From: Barthelona sp. PAP020 | Taxonomy: Eukaryota | DNA: 47,740 bases | Assembly (NCBI GenBank): GCA_040182905.1 | Contig: JARQWU010000051.1 | Location: 1 to 47,740, forward strand | Direction of reading: 5' to 3' | Shown here: positions 10,011 to 22,022 of the stretch, piece after piece | How the letters are laid out: each line of letters starts with the position of its first letter | Position numbering within the stretch: position 1 is the stretch's first letter | Program-made: the position numbers and the translations under genes | The notes under the pieces: generated by a model | Told to the model about the DNA's origin: nothing | Databases searched by the model: none | What the model saw: only the letters and a program-made list of their open reading frames with translations

Positions 10011-10643
10011 TTAGTTGAAAGAATCATTTGACACAGATGAAAATGTTGATTTCAAATTCTTTGCTGATTCCAATTCTGAACATATTTCCAAGTGTGGACT
10101 TCGTTTCAATTCAAAATTTACAGTTGGTACACTTACACCTAAATAAAATTCTGTTTGTCTGTTTTCTTCATTCACATTTTCAATAAATACGTTTCTCTTT
10201 ATTATTGGTGTGCTGATATCATTTGAACTTGAATCAAAATCATTTTCATTATCAATTTCGTTGACTTTTATGATATGTGGCAACTCATTCTTTTGTAAAA
10301 CGTAATTAGGAGTAAATTCAGATTCATCAAAAAAATCGTTTAAACTCTCTAATGTACTGTCATTTAATGTGTCATTTGAAGGTGTTGGGGTGTCAAATGA
10401 ACATTCATTTGAATTAAATATATTACTGAACAATGGCAATTTATCTGAATATTTAGTGATACAATTTGCTTCAAAAATAGAATTTAACTTGTCTGCGTCT
10501 TCTTTTTCTTTTTGTATTGAAGAAATTGTTTTTTTTCTTTCAAAAGGACATTTAAAATTAATTGTTTCTCTTTTCATTGCTTTTTTTGATCTTTTTGGCG
10601 ACCTTAAAACACTTATTGGAGTGTTCTTTGAATAAATTTGCAT
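10011..10643 (-). CDS. Hypothetical protein, Ser/Asn/acidic-rich, probably disordered
   Basis: 210-aa ATG-initiated ORF with A-rich start context, filling the gap between genes. No recognisable domain. Confidence 0.6.
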   Translation of the reverse strand: MQIYSKNTPISVLRSPKRSKKAMKRETINFKCPFERKKTISSIQKEKEDADKLNSIFEANCITKYSDKLPLFSNIFNSNECSFDTPTPSNDTLNDSTLESLNDFFDESEFTPNYVLQKNELPHIIKVNEIDNENDFDSSSNDISTPIIKRNVFIENVNEENRQTEFYLGVSVPTVNFELKRSPHLEICSELESAKNLKSTFSSVSNDSFN

Positions 10644-10964
10644 TTCTTTTAAATTTTAAATTTTAAAATAAATTTCTGGTCATATAATACTTGTTGAATC
10701 AACAATATTTCATTTAGTACCTTCAAAAAGAAAGATTAAATAAAAAAAAAACAAAAGATTATCCAGACATTGCCTGCTTTTCCAATTTTTTTTTTCAATG
10801 GAATGCTGTCCTTTTGGAATCAAAAATTCATTTCAAAAAATTTAATTGCTATCGTGTAAACAATGGTAGAAATGAAGTTATTTGATGATCATATGACCAC
10901 CAACTGGAATTGGATACAAGAAAAAAATACAATTTTCAACAATTTATCAAATTTTTCACAAATT

Positions 10965-13138
10965 TTATGAAGAAGGTGATAGTGCAACATCTTTCATATC
11001 ATCTGTAGGAACATCAACAGGTTCAATGGCTCAAAAATCTTGGGCATATTCACAAATGGTACGATCAGCAGAGAATTTGCTCATTCTGGCAACAGACAAA
11101 TACACTTTTTGGCCCATTCTGCTTGATTTCTGTAAGAAGCATCAATTTGATCCCAAATTTCTAAATATGCGGGGAAATTAGCCCTCACAAGATATCTATC
11201 TTCAGCACCAGTTATCACCAACATCCGGGTCAACATTAACGACTTCAGCAATCGAATTAAACAATTCGATTATACGTTTAGCAATATCATAACCTGATGC
11301 AGCTTTATCACCAATGATAGTAACACGAGGAACGACATTTTTCTTTTGTTCAGCAGTCATACCCTTAATAGAAAGATATTGATGAATAGTACCAAGACAA
11401 TTTGAGAGTTGACGCTTGTGTTTGTGAATACGCTTGACTTGAATATCAAAAAAAGATTCAGGATTGACATCAATGTCAATATTAGCTTTAAAAAAAGCAG
11501 CTAAACGATCCTTGTTATTCTTTTTGACCATTCTGAAGATATTTTGAGTTTCAGCATCATCAGTGTGTTTTTATAATATTTTAATTGAAGACAAATCTAT
11601 AATCCATGAGTTACAACTTACAAGTCAAAACAACACTCAATATGGGGTTAGATAGCTCAACCCATCTTCTAAGGAGTAACACCGTTAGTTTTATTTTAGA
11701 ACATTTTAGGATCCATTTGATGGAAACTAGCAAAAACATGAGATTTAACAATTTCAGTGTGAATAGCAGCAACACCATTGATATGAGAAGAACCAACACA
11801 ACTCAAATGTCCCATACGTACATAACGAGGGCCACTTTCATCAATAACAGACAATGAACGCAGTTTTGAAAGATTATCAGAATACAATGCACGAACTTGT
11901 TGAAAATGTTGATGGTTAATTTCGTAACTAATTTCCAAATGTTGAGGTAGGATTTGTTCAAACATAGGAACAGGCCATTTTTCAAGAGCTTTAGGAAGAA
12001 CTGTATGATTTGTGTAATTGACAGTCTTCTTAGTGATATCCCAATCAACAGATCATCCCAAATTCATCTCATCAAGAAGGATACGCATAAGTTCAGGAAC
12101 ACCCAATGCAGGATGAGTATCGTTAAGTTGAATGGTTTGGAACTTATGAAGATCAGTAATAGGAGCGTTAACCTTTTTGAAACGATCAAGAATATCACGA
12201 AGAGTAGCAGAAACAATGAAATATTTTTGTTTCAAACGCAAACACTTACCGGCATATATGTTATGATTGGAATAAAGAACAGAAGTAAGATTTTCAGCAT
12301 CTTGACGTAAAGCTACTCAGCATAGTAGTAGTCTCTTTGAGAGAAATATTGTAAATCAAACTCTTTTACGGGTCTAGCAGCCCAAAGTCGAATATATAAA
12401 CAGCATCCAGTCTTATAACCAGGAACAAGAGTATCATACGCAACACCTGTGACTTGATCAGTTCCTTCCCAACTAAATTTCCACTTTTCAACAGCATTCG
12501 ACGCTTAACTTCCTAAGGATTACCATATGTTAACCAATATTTTCAGGGGTTTCAATTTGATAACCATTTCCAATTTTTTAACGTAACATACCATATGTGT
12601 AACGAACACCATAACCCCAAGCGGGCAAAGAGAGTCTGGTCATATAATCAATGAAACAGGTAGCAAGACGTCCAAGACCACCATTACCCAAATCAGCATC
12701 ATGTTCTTCATCAGCAATTCTTTCCAAATCTCATGAAAAGTACATGATAGTGGTTCTAAATTTAGGTAAAAGTTCAGTGTTTAATTTACAGTTTTGAAGA
12801 GCACGACCCATTGACCATTACAATGATAAAAAATTGATAGTTTTTGCTTTCTTCTTTTCAATGGTCTTTTGGGTTCTATTTCAATCATCAAGTAACCTAG
12901 TACGAACTGCAAAAGCAGTTGCCATAAAAGCAGCCCAATTATCCAATGAATCAGCATTATGATTTAAAATATACTTCAAGTTATAGGTAAATAACTTTTG
13001 AATATCGGATTTCTGTAAAAGAGATTCCTTTTGCATCAATTTTTGGGCAAGGATAGGTGAAGCACTCAGAGAACCGGAAGAAGGTCCTCAAATCTTTGAA
13101 GGAGTAGTAGCCAAACAACCAAAAGAAACACTAGCCAT
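10965..13138 (-). pseudogene. Glycogen/alpha-glucan phosphorylase pseudogene
   Basis: Motifs [80 protein letters not shown] and FSADRTICEYA are spread over several frames. In-frame stops at e.g. 13088-13090, 12881-12883, 12818-12820 and 11031-11033, plus frameshifts and deletions. Confidence 0.93.
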
Positions 13139-13397
13139 TTTAAAATAGGCAAATGGGAAGCTCGCTTTCAATTCACATCAAAATGCAATTTTTTAAGGTC
13201 GATCCTTTTCTTTTGTGGATTCGTTGATAATTCAATTTCAAATTCTTAACATTAGTCCATTTCTTCTTAAAACAAAAAACAGTATTCTTTCAAACTCTGT
13301 GATTCTTTTGTTTCGATCAAAATTATGGATATAAAGTTGTTTATTGGATTGCTTTAAAAAAAAATATCATATATTTCACAACATTTATCACAACTTT

Positions 13398-13805
13398 TTA
13401 CAATTGATTGAATTTGTCAATTCCTCCCATTTGAAGAGCAGAAACAAGATTGTTCATATCTTCGGTTCCATCAGGCTTAATTGAAACTAAAAAGGGAATA
13501 CCACGAACACGGAAAGCTCTACCAATTTCCATGATCTTAGGACCAAAAGGAATTGCAAGCCATGGCATGTGAAGTTCATTCATGTATTGCATTTGTCCTT
13601 CAACAGTCTTGTCCGAACTGACAAAAATAACTTCAAGGTCATCTCTGTTGGCTTGATTGTAAAGATCAACTAATTTGGGAGTAAATGCTCTGCAAGGTGG
13701 GCACCAGTGTGCGCTGAAATAAAAAACAATAGTTTTTCCTTCTAAAGTTTTGGAATCAACGGTGCTGCCATCAGCTCTAATTAAAGTATCGGGTAAAAAG
13801 TTCAT
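13398..13805 (-). CDS. Nucleoredoxin/tryparedoxin-like thioredoxin-fold oxidoreductase
   Basis: YFSAHWCPPCRAFTPKL, EVIFVSSD, MPWLAIPF and VRGIP motifs. Single domain, 135 aa. Confidence 0.93.
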   Translation of the reverse strand: MNFLPDTLIRADGSTVDSKTLEGKTIVFYFSAHWCPPCRAFTPKLVDLYNQANRDDLEVIFVSSDKTVEGQMQYMNELHMPWLAIPFGPKIMEIGRAFRVRGIPFLVSIKPDGTEDMNNLVSALQMGGIDKFNQL

Positions 13806-14601
13806 TTGTTTTTTTGGTTAAAAAAAAAGAATTGAAAAATTTGAAGGTTGTTGAGAAATTTGAAAGGAATGGTGATTTTTTTTTTTACAAAAAAAGAATG
13901 CGAAATTATTTTTTTTCATACACTCCGTTTTTCTGATAAATTTGAAGAATCACGATATTATTTGAACAATAAAGAATAATTCCCTTTTTTTTTTCTTTTT
14001 TTAGTTTTGTTGATATTCACCCATAATTTTAAATTCAATAAATTTATACGATTTTATGTTTTTTGCTGTAATAGCAAATCAAAATAAAAATAAAAACGAA
14101 ATATGATGACCTTGATTAAATTCTTCAGCCTCTAAATTCAATACATTTTTGGCTTTTTATGATGGTTTGAAACAGACAAAATTCAACTTTCCAATCTTCA
14201 AAGACTCAAATTTCCATTTTTCAAGGGGGAAGCATTTTTCTGATATTGTCAGTTTTACTGAGGGTAAAATTAGGTAGATAATTGTACTTGATGAAGATTG
14301 AGATTTACAAGGCTGCAATTTCCATAATATTGCAATTAATTGGTTTTGTTTTTTGTAATTATCATGAATTTTCTATTGCATCGTTTTGTTATTTATTGCA
14401 GTTGTGAAATTAAATAAATTTAGTAGAAATCATCTTTGAATTTTGTGAACACTTTTATTTCTCTGTTGTTTTACTTGTCTTTAGGGAATAGCTTTTTTTA
14501 TGATACTTTGAAAGAGAAAATTATGAAAAGGCATTCTTTTTTAAAGGATGTTGTTTTTGATTTTCACTGTAACATCGAAATTGTTAATATTTTAACAGTA
14601 T

Positions 14602-14629
14602 AGAAACGAATGAAGAAACGAATGAAGAA
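14602..14629 (+). repeat. 12-bp tandem duplication AGAAACGAATGA x2.3
   Basis: Direct tandem copy about 75 bp upstream of the ACSL start. Confidence 0.8.
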
Positions 14630-14702
14630 TATTGCAACATCTTGATTCGCAATCTCAATTTTAATTTTGTGTTTGATTTGATTTTTTTTAAATATTGTTT
14701 AT

Positions 14703-16565
14703 ATGGCAGATATTAGTTTATTGCAGTGTCACACAAGTGATGTTCCCGCAACTGGACAGTGTTTACATTTGTTGAAAACTAGAAACACTTTGTACAAATC
14801 ATTTTCAATTTCATGTCTTGATTTGCTCGATAATCCTTTTATGGGATATAGAATTAAAGAAAGTGAGGATGCAGATTTTGGACCTTACGAATTTCTTACA
14901 TTCAAACAGGTTCTATGTGATGTTGGAAAGTTAAGTATCAGTTTAGAAAGATTGGGACTTTTGAAAGGAGATCGCATTGCTATTTTAAGTACCAATTCTT
15001 ATTATTGGATTGTTGTTGATTTGGCTTGTCAAAGATTGGGTGTTATTACTGTGCCTATTTACACAAATATTGATTTGGATTCTGTACAATACATTTTACA
15101 TGATTCTGGAGCTAGATTTTTGTTCTGTTCTCAAGATAAATTAAAAGATGCAAACACAGTTTTACCTACTTTATCTGAAATGGAGAAAATTTTTGTCATG
15201 GATGTTTACCCTTGGGAGTCACATGTTGCAAACAATTCTGGTTTTGCTTTTGATTCTTGTGTTTCGGAATTATTGAATATTTCTGAATATACTGATGATA
15301 TGATGGCACTTCCAGATTTATCTGATCCTGAAGATATAGCAACTTTGGTTTATACATCGGGAACTACTGGAAATCCAAAGGGAGCCATGTTAACTCATCA
15401 TAACATCATTTCAGCACTGTTCATTTTGAATTCTAGACTCAAACCGTATCCTTCAGATATGAAAAGAGATGTTTACTATTCATATTTGCCTTTAGCACAT
15501 GTTTTTGAGCGAATTGCAATGCATTTACAAATTGCTCATGGTCATTTGGTTGGTTTTTTCTCTGGGTCAATTACAATGTTAGCAGATGATCTTCAAACGC
15601 TGCGTCCTACCTTTATGATAGCTGTCCCTCGAGTTTTGGAAAAGTTTCAATCTTCTGTTTTGGAAACTGTAAAATCTAAGGGTGCTTTGACGAGGTGGTT
15701 GTTCAATTGGGCATCTTCTTCAAAAAATGAGGCAATGGAACATCGTGACACAACTCCTATATGGGATAAGGTTGTTTTTAATAAAATTCGAAATGCCTTT
15801 GGTGGAAGAGTACGGATTTTATTCAGTGGGAGTGCCGCATTGGCACCATCTGTTCGTAAGTTTTGTACTGGTGTTTTGGGTTTTGATATTGCTGAAGGAT
15901 ATGGAATGTCCGAAAATTGTGCCTGTATTTCGGCTCAATATCCTGGTTCATTAGTATCTGGATCCATTGGAAAGGTTTATCAAGAAGTTGAATATGATTT
16001 GAGACCTGTTCCTGAATTTGGATATTTTCCAAGCGATACACCCAATCCTAGGGGAGAGTTGGTTGTTTCGGGTCCTATTGTTTTCAAAGGATACTGGAAT
16101 TTACCTGAAAAAACAAGGGAAGTGTTACATGATGATGGCTGGTTCAAAACTGGAGACATTGTAGAATTGTTACCCAATGAGGAGTTGAAAATTATAGATC
16201 GAAGAAGTGGCATAATAAAGAACTCCCAAGGAGAATTCATTCATCCTGCCTATTTAGAATCCATTTATAAATGTGTTCCTTTGTTAAGTGATATCTGGAT
16301 ATTATCACTTGGTCCTAAATTAGGAGCTTTTGTTTGGTGCATAGGCTCTCCAACTGAAGATGAAATAATGTTTGAGCTGAATAAAATTTGGGAAGAAAAG
16401 AATCTCAAAGGTTTTGAACGTATTAGCACAATACGTATTAAAACAAGGGAGCTAAGTGCTGATAATGGAGAATTAACTGCCACACAAAAGAAGAGAAGAA
16501 GAGTTTTGGAAAGGTTGTACCAAACTGAAATTGAAGAAATGAGAGAAGAATTATGTAATTGTTAA
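14703..16565 (+). CDS. Long-chain fatty acyl-CoA synthetase (ACSL/FAA family)
   Basis: AMP-binding YTSGTTGNPKG, SYLPLAHVFER, EGYGMSE, GWFKTGDI, IIDRR and QGEFI.P..LE. Confidence 0.95.
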   Translation: MADISLLQCHTSDVPATGQCLHLLKTRNTLYKSFSISCLDLLDNPFMGYRIKESEDADFGPYEFLTFKQVLCDVGKLSISLERLGLLKGDRIAILSTNSYYWIVVDLACQRLGVITVPIYTNIDLDSVQYILHDSGARFLFCSQDKLKDANTVLPTLSEMEKIFVMDVYPWESHVANNSGFAFDSCVSELLNISEYTDDMMALPDLSDPEDIATLVYTSGTTGNPKGAMLTHHNIISALFILNSRLKPYPSDMKRDVYYSYLPLAHVFERIAMHLQIAHGHLVGFFSGSITMLADDLQTLRPTFMIAVPRVLEKFQSSVLETVKSKGALTRWLFNWASSSKNEAMEHRDTTPIWDKVVFNKIRNAFGGRVRILFSGSAALAPSVRKFCTGVLGFDIAEGYGMSENCACISAQYPGSLVSGSIGKVYQEVEYDLRPVPEFGYFPSDTPNPRGELVVSGPIVFKGYWNLPEKTREVLHDDGWFKTGDIVELLPNEELKIIDRRSGIIKNSQGEFIHPAYLESIYKCVPLLSDIWILSLGPKLGAFVWCIGSPTEDEIMFELNKIWEEKNLKGFERISTIRIKTRELSADNGELTATQKKRRRVLERLYQTEIEEMREELCNC

Positions 16566-16691
16566 TAGTTTAAATTAGAATTATTGTGTATTTTTAAAAA
16601 ATAAATGACGTTTTTATGGGAAAAAGCAAATTTTTTTTTTTTTCAATTTTTATCAAAAAAAAAAATAATTCAAAGTTTTTTTATTTCTCAG

Positions 16692-17561
16692 ATGCAATTT
16701 TCGACCTCTAATGATTATGGAAAACTTCCAAAATCACGTCCTTATTCAAATGTACAATCTAGAATTGATACAGGCGCATCAATGAAAAATTTTTACGAAA
16801 AAAATCCTCAACATCGTAGACATGTTGTTAAAAAACAAAGTTCCAAATTCAAAATGATAAAGGATTCAACATTAAGTGATTGGATTAATATTGAAGCTGA
16901 AGAACGACCTTTAGATATTTCTCCCCCTTTACCAAAGACGTCTGCTGGTAAAACTCGACAAACTGATGTTGATCCATATGAAGAAGAAAGTCATTATTCT
17001 GAAAGTATGACTCATTATTCAATGAATCAATCTTCAATTTCTTTCAATGATGATGAGCTTATCAATAGGACTTTGAAAACAGATTTGGTTGAAGATTTTA
17101 TGGAACTAGAGAGGCTTAATAAATGTAAATATATTTTGGTTGACATTCGTTCTCCAGCTGAATGGCAATGTTGCCATATTATTAGTTCGAGATGTTTCCC
17201 AAAAAGTAGAATGTCTAGAGCTCAGAACAGTTTGACAGCAGAATTGATCACTTTCAAAGAAAGATGTCAAAACGATGACAGTGCTGTCGTTGTTCTTTAT
17301 GACATTTATAACCAAGATGCCATTCCTATGGCTGAATGGTTTTTTGATCAAGGATTTCCTAAGGTGGCTATTCTAAAAGGTGGTTTGGCTGGATTTTGTC
17401 AATCTCATCCTGAAAATGTTATTGGTGACATTTCTTCTATTCCTGAGTGGACCGAATCAACCATAGGTAATTATAGTGAGTATTCTTTTGTAACAACTAC
17501 TCCTTCTAGGCAGGCAAGAACTTCTAAACGTACATCTTTTTCGACTTTCCGTCGCAGTTAA
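16692..17561 (+). CDS. CEP41: Centrosomal protein 41-like (rhodanese-like domain)
   Basis: N-terminal P...PYSNVQSRIDTGASM motif typical of CEP41 and a C-terminal rhodanese fold (YILVDIR...CHIISS...VVLYD...LKGGL). The ATG at 16692 is preferred because the upstream 29 codons are poly-T/poly-A intergenic sequence. Confidence 0.8.
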   Translation: MQFSTSNDYGKLPKSRPYSNVQSRIDTGASMKNFYEKNPQHRRHVVKKQSSKFKMIKDSTLSDWINIEAEERPLDISPPLPKTSAGKTRQTDVDPYEEESHYSESMTHYSMNQSSISFNDDELINRTLKTDLVEDFMELERLNKCKYILVDIRSPAEWQCCHIISSRCFPKSRMSRAQNSLTAELITFKERCQNDDSAVVVLYDIYNQDAIPMAEWFFDQGFPKVAILKGGLAGFCQSHPENVIGDISSIPEWTESTIGNYSEYSFVTTTPSRQARTSKRTSFSTFRRS

Positions 17562-18086
17562 CAATGTAAATTTTGTTTTTTTATTTTTTGTTGTTGTGGG
17601 TTTTGTGAAACTCAATTGCTTGGTTGTTTGAAAAATTTGAAAAATCTTTAAAAAGTTTTCATTTTCATTAAATTAGTGAGCTTGAAAAATGATGCTAGTT
17701 GATTAATACCTTTATAAACCTAAGTTATTTGTCAAAATCAAAAAGCCATTCTTCTTTGGCAAAACTGAAAATGTACTATTCTTTTGTTTTCACTTTTCTT
17801 AATCCACAAGATGAAAAGAATCTTCTCTATTTGTTGGTTCTTTTTTATTAAAAAAAAACATTTGTTTTTATAACTAAATCAAAGTATTTTACTGAATTTT
17901 CTTCTTTTCAAAAACACATTGGAGATAAATTGAAAGAATGAAACATAATTTTAATCTGGAGTGAAAATTTTGAGACATTGTCTCACTTCTTGTTCTATGC
18001 CTTTTCAAAAATAATTGTTTCGAGGTCAAGAAGCACAAATAAAAAAGAAATAAATTTCATAATTTATTTTTACCGTTAATTCACTA

Positions 18087-21000
18087 TCAATTTTTTTCTG
18101 TGAACAATATTTTTTGTCTCGTGTATTCCCAAATCAAAATAGAGATTGACACATGTGCATTCAAAGATCTAGTAACACCAAATTGAGGAATTTCAATGCA
18201 TAAATCAATTAAAGGTAATAAAGAAGACGGGATTCCTTTTTTCTCGTTGCCAACCAAAAAAACTATTGGTTGATTACTGATAAAGTACGGAGAGAAGTCA
18301 ACTTTTGGCAATAAAACACTATTGGTTGTTTGCTCTAATCCCACAATCAAAACATTTTTCTTGTGCTTCAAATCATTCAAAAACATAAATGTGTTAAACT
18401 CCACAGTGGCTCTAATTGAATGATTTGATTGTTTTTTTACAATTTTAGTGTTGTTCAATTCAATATAATTATTCCATTTATGAGAAGAAACTGCAATGGA
18501 TAAAAATTCTGAATTTTTAAACATTTTCTTTATATTTTCATTCACAACAATTGTTCCACAATTAAAAATTTCACAAGTCCTTGATAATCCTGCAATATTA
18601 GGTACGTTCTGTAGTAATGTTGCACAAATCATCAATTGTTTATCAATAGAATGCTTTCTAACAATACCTTGTCTAGAAGCAAACAAGGAATCAAGAATAA
18701 GCGGGGAAAAAAGCTGAATTTTTCTTTGAAATGTTTCAGTTTCTTTGTTATTTGAAAATAGCGGTGTGAAATCCATTGATTCAAACTGACAACCATTCTG
18801 CAAACGTTTCTCATGGAATGAATAGGCATAATTTGACATATAATCTTTCAAATAACGATTGAAACTTGTCTCAAAATCTCGTGTTTCTTTTGTTAGCAAA
18901 TTGTTGAGAGTTGAACTCTTTTTAAACTTTTCAAGGTCAAAAATTTCCACATAGGAACTTCTAAACTTTGAAAATTCTTTGGAAGTCATAACGTAATTAA
19001 ATTGTACCTTAGTTAACTCACTGCTATTAACATTGTTATTGAACCATTCAAACAGGTCCAAATCTCGTGATTCTATTACACTTTTGAAATGCATCAACAA
19101 ATACAAAACAATGGATCGAACTAAAGACGAATGTGTCACTGTCAAAGGATAAAGAATAGGTAACGTTTGTTTCCACATATTCTTAACATTATTTGCATGG
19201 ATAAGATTATCAGAAGTCTCATTATAGACGTTGATTGAATAAAGAAGAATAAATAAGTATCTCAAAAGCTTATTCATGGGTATATCTTCACTTATTGGTT
19301 CAATAACACTTGAAAAGAATTGTTGAGGGGATACTTTCCATAAATATGCAACGGATTGTTCAACAAAGCTTCGAGAAGAAGTGTCTTGGAATGAATTTGA
19401 ATTTTCCAACAGTTTTTCGATGAAGCGATAAACATTAAATCCAATCAGATCATCACTTTGAATCAAAAAGTCCCAATTCCCATTCTTTAGTAGTATTAAA
19501 AGGGTAACAGATTGTCTCAACAATAAAGCAGATTCACTATATAATTTCTTGATTTCGTCATCAATAAATTCCAAAGAAAATTCAGTTAAACTATCAATAA
19601 CATGTGGAAACAAAAAGGGAATTGAAGACATATGTTTAACTAAAACATGCATGAAAGTATAACGACCATAAGATCTTAAATCTTCAAGAGAAATGAGTTC
19701 TGGCATTTCAATTTCCTTCTTGAGAAAATTCTCTCCAGGCACAAATAAAGGAACAACAGTCTCATTGTCAAAAGCTTTATTATATGCTAATTTTCTAAAA
19801 TAATGAACTACAGTTCTGGTATGTAATTCTTGAGTTCTACCCAAATAAATCAATACATAGAAAGCTTTTAAAAACAAATTTCTATCAGAAATGATCAAAA
19901 AATAACATTCTATGAAGCGTTCAAAAGAACTATTGATTAAATAAGGTTTTAAATGTAAAATGTTTAAAAATTTTAACAAAAATTTTGAGTTAAATTCTTT
20001 AATAAATAAAACACTATTGTTTTTATTCAATAGCATTGAATAAACCCATTCAGCAAAGAATCTTGTTTTTGCAGACGAGACTTTGGACAAAAGTTCAATA
20101 ATTCGCCCAAAAATAGTCAATTTGTCATCAATTGTACATTTTAAAAAATTTTTATAAATAATTTCAAATGTTTTAACAAACAATTTGCCTTGCAATACTT
20201 CAACAAATTTTAAGCATCCTAAACTAATATCAACAGGTTTTAATTTAGAATACTCAACAACAATTGTTAAAAATGGCAAAAATTCCTTGACACATGAAAA
20301 TTGAAGTTCATTGATATCTAAATTAAACAAATCCTTATTATCATCTGTTTCGACCCATGGAATAAAAAAATTCTTTTCACTTGCAATATCGAACAAAGGT
20401 TCACCCAAGATGTAATGATTCAAAAGATTTAGTCTGGATTTTAAAACAATATTGTTTTGTACTTCATCAAAATCAATGAATTTTAAAATATGTTTGAAGA
20501 TTTTTGAAGATTTACTTGAGCATAAAGTTGCCAAATTGATAAGATCGATTGAATTCACATTGTTGAAATTTTTGAAATGTTTTGCAATGTAAAAATTAAA
20601 TTCATCATTATTTTCAACATAAGGAACATCTTCTTCAATAGATTTCATAGAATCATCAATAAAAGTTTCAAAATATTCTAAAATATTTGAAGAAAATGAA
20701 CCATTCAAAAGATCAGCGATTAAATAAATTTTGCTTGAAAAACAAGGTGTTTTATCATGTAATTGAATCAAAAATTCAAAAATTCTGTGATATAAATTGG
20801 CAAATATTTCTGGTTTAATAGAAGAAAAGGTGAGATTTAAAAGTTGAACAAAATCGTCTCCATTGATTGATTTATTATTGGTTGAAGTATTAAATAATAA
20901 TAATAGATACAAAAAAATCCTAGAACTTTGTTTTACTTTGCTAGAAGCAGTCCAAATTGTAAAAAAATCATTGTTTATCAACAAATCATCAATAGCATTT

Positions 21001-22022
21001 GAACATGAAATGTACAAACCGTTTAAACTTTCTTCAGCATTAAATTGACTTGTTGCTATCCCACATACAATTTTTAAAACAATATCAATATCAACATTTT
21101 GAAAATTGAAATTGTTATAATGTTTTAACATAGTAAAAATTTCTAAATTATCACTTGTACTAGCTCTTCTAGTGATAAACAAAGATTTTACCAAAGGATT
21201 CTTGAAATTTGGATGAATCTCACAAAAATCACAAAATTTTTCAAGTATAGGTTCAATAAAATGATTTTTAGCACTGGAAATGCAATCATATATTAAAGCT
21301 AAATCAGAATATTCTTCAAATAATTCAAAAAAACTCTTTGCTATCAAAAAATCACTGTCTAATAAAGAAAAAGCATATTCAATAACCTCAGTTTTGATTT
21401 CATATGAACAATCACCAATGGTCTTTAAAATATGAATTATTGGTATGAAACATGCAATTATTTGTTTATCTAACTTCTCTTTCGATAGCAATTCCAGCAT
21501 AATTATTGAACGCTCACTATTTGTAAAAAAAGTCTCAATGACAACTCTCCATGTATAATTGAAAAATTTATGCCTTCTGTTTGAAATTAAATGAGGTAAT
21601 AAATCAATAGATGGAACATTTTGAATAATAGAAAACAAAAATTCAACATGATTATTGGATATATAATCATAAAACATTGGTATTTCATTTTTCTTGATAG
21701 AATTAACAATAATATTCATTAATTTGTATGACTTGTTCATATCTTGTTTATAAATATTAAATAATCTGCATATTTCTTTACTTTCTTCAAAAGAAATTAA
21801 ATAATCATCCAAAATATATTTCAAAAATACAAACTTTAAATCAATAGTCTCTTCAAGAGTAATCAACTCTTGAAAAATGGTGTTAAAATCACAAAATTTA
21901 AAATTGTTACTCTTCAAGTATAAATAATATATGTTATCCAATTGATTTTTTGTTAATTCTAAGTTATTCGAATTTTTCGACAAGGAATGATAGAAATCAA
22001 TGTGATTTTCATCAATAAACAT
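18087..22022 (-). CDS. TRM3: tRNA G18 2'-O-methyltransferase Trm3/TARBP1 (long helical N-terminus, C-terminal SpoU domain)
   Basis: FQRKI, PNIAGLSRTCEIF, VGLEQT, LVGNEKKGIP and IEIPQFGVTRSLNAHVS...IWEYTRQ at the C-terminus of a 1311-aa protein. Confidence 0.92.
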   Translation of the reverse strand: MFIDENHIDFYHSLSKNSNNLELTKNQLDNIYYLYLKSNNFKFCDFNTIFQELITLEETIDLKFVFLKYILDDYLISFEESKEICRLFNIYKQDMNKSYKLMNIIVNSIKKNEIPMFYDYISNNHVEFLFSIIQNVPSIDLLPHLISNRRHKFFNYTWRVVIETFFTNSERSIIMLELLSKEKLDKQIIACFIPIIHILKTIGDCSYEIKTEVIEYAFSLLDSDFLIAKSFFELFEEYSDLALIYDCISSAKNHFIEPILEKFCDFCEIHPNFKNPLVKSLFITRRASTSDNLEIFTMLKHYNNFNFQNVDIDIVLKIVCGIATSQFNAEESLNGLYISCSNAIDDLLINNDFFTIWTASSKVKQSSRIFLYLLLLFNTSTNNKSINGDDFVQLLNLTFSSIKPEIFANLYHRIFEFLIQLHDKTPCFSSKIYLIADLLNGSFSSNILEYFETFIDDSMKSIEEDVPYVENNDEFNFYIAKHFKNFNNVNSIDLINLATLCSSKSSKIFKHILKFIDFDEVQNNIVLKSRLNLLNHYILGEPLFDIASEKNFFIPWVETDDNKDLFNLDINELQFSCVKEFLPFLTIVVEYSKLKPVDISLGCLKFVEVLQGKLFVKTFEIIYKNFLKCTIDDKLTIFGRIIELLSKVSSAKTRFFAEWVYSMLLNKNNSVLFIKEFNSKFLLKFLNILHLKPYLINSSFERFIECYFLIISDRNLFLKAFYVLIYLGRTQELHTRTVVHYFRKLAYNKAFDNETVVPLFVPGENFLKKEIEMPELISLEDLRSYGRYTFMHVLVKHMSSIPFLFPHVIDSLTEFSLEFIDDEIKKLYSESALLLRQSVTLLILLKNGNWDFLIQSDDLIGFNVYRFIEKLLENSNSFQDTSSRSFVEQSVAYLWKVSPQQFFSSVIEPISEDIPMNKLLRYLFILLYSINVYNETSDNLIHANNVKNMWKQTLPILYPLTVTHSSLVRSIVLYLLMHFKSVIESRDLDLFEWFNNNVNSSELTKVQFNYVMTSKEFSKFRSSYVEIFDLEKFKKSSTLNNLLTKETRDFETSFNRYLKDYMSNYAYSFHEKRLQNGCQFESMDFTPLFSNNKETETFQRKIQLFSPLILDSLFASRQGIVRKHSIDKQLMICATLLQNVPNIAGLSRTCEIFNCGTIVVNENIKKMFKNSEFLSIAVSSHKWNNYIELNNTKIVKKQSNHSIRATVEFNTFMFLNDLKHKKNVLIVGLEQTTNSVLLPKVDFSPYFISNQPIVFLVGNEKKGIPSSLLPLIDLCIEIPQFGVTRSLNAHVSISILIWEYTRQKILFTEKN

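Noticed and set aside
10965..13138. Alternative genetic code (TGA=Trp, TAA/TAG=Gln/Glu) suggested by stops at conserved positions in the phosphorylase
   Set aside because: The stops replace different residues and co-occur with frameshifts and deletions. Intact genes use TGG for Trp and terminate at TAA, TAG and TGA, so this is pseudogene decay.
14103..14261. Possible box C/D snoRNA (ATGATGA ... CTGA)
   Set aside because: Box spacing is about 140 nt or more, there is no terminal stem or recognisable rRNA guide, and such short motifs are common in AT-rich DNA.
16605..16691. N-terminal extension of the CEP41-like ORF
   Set aside because: Consists of poly-T/poly-A intergenic tracts (FFFFQF..KKK). 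The start at 16692 is more plausible.
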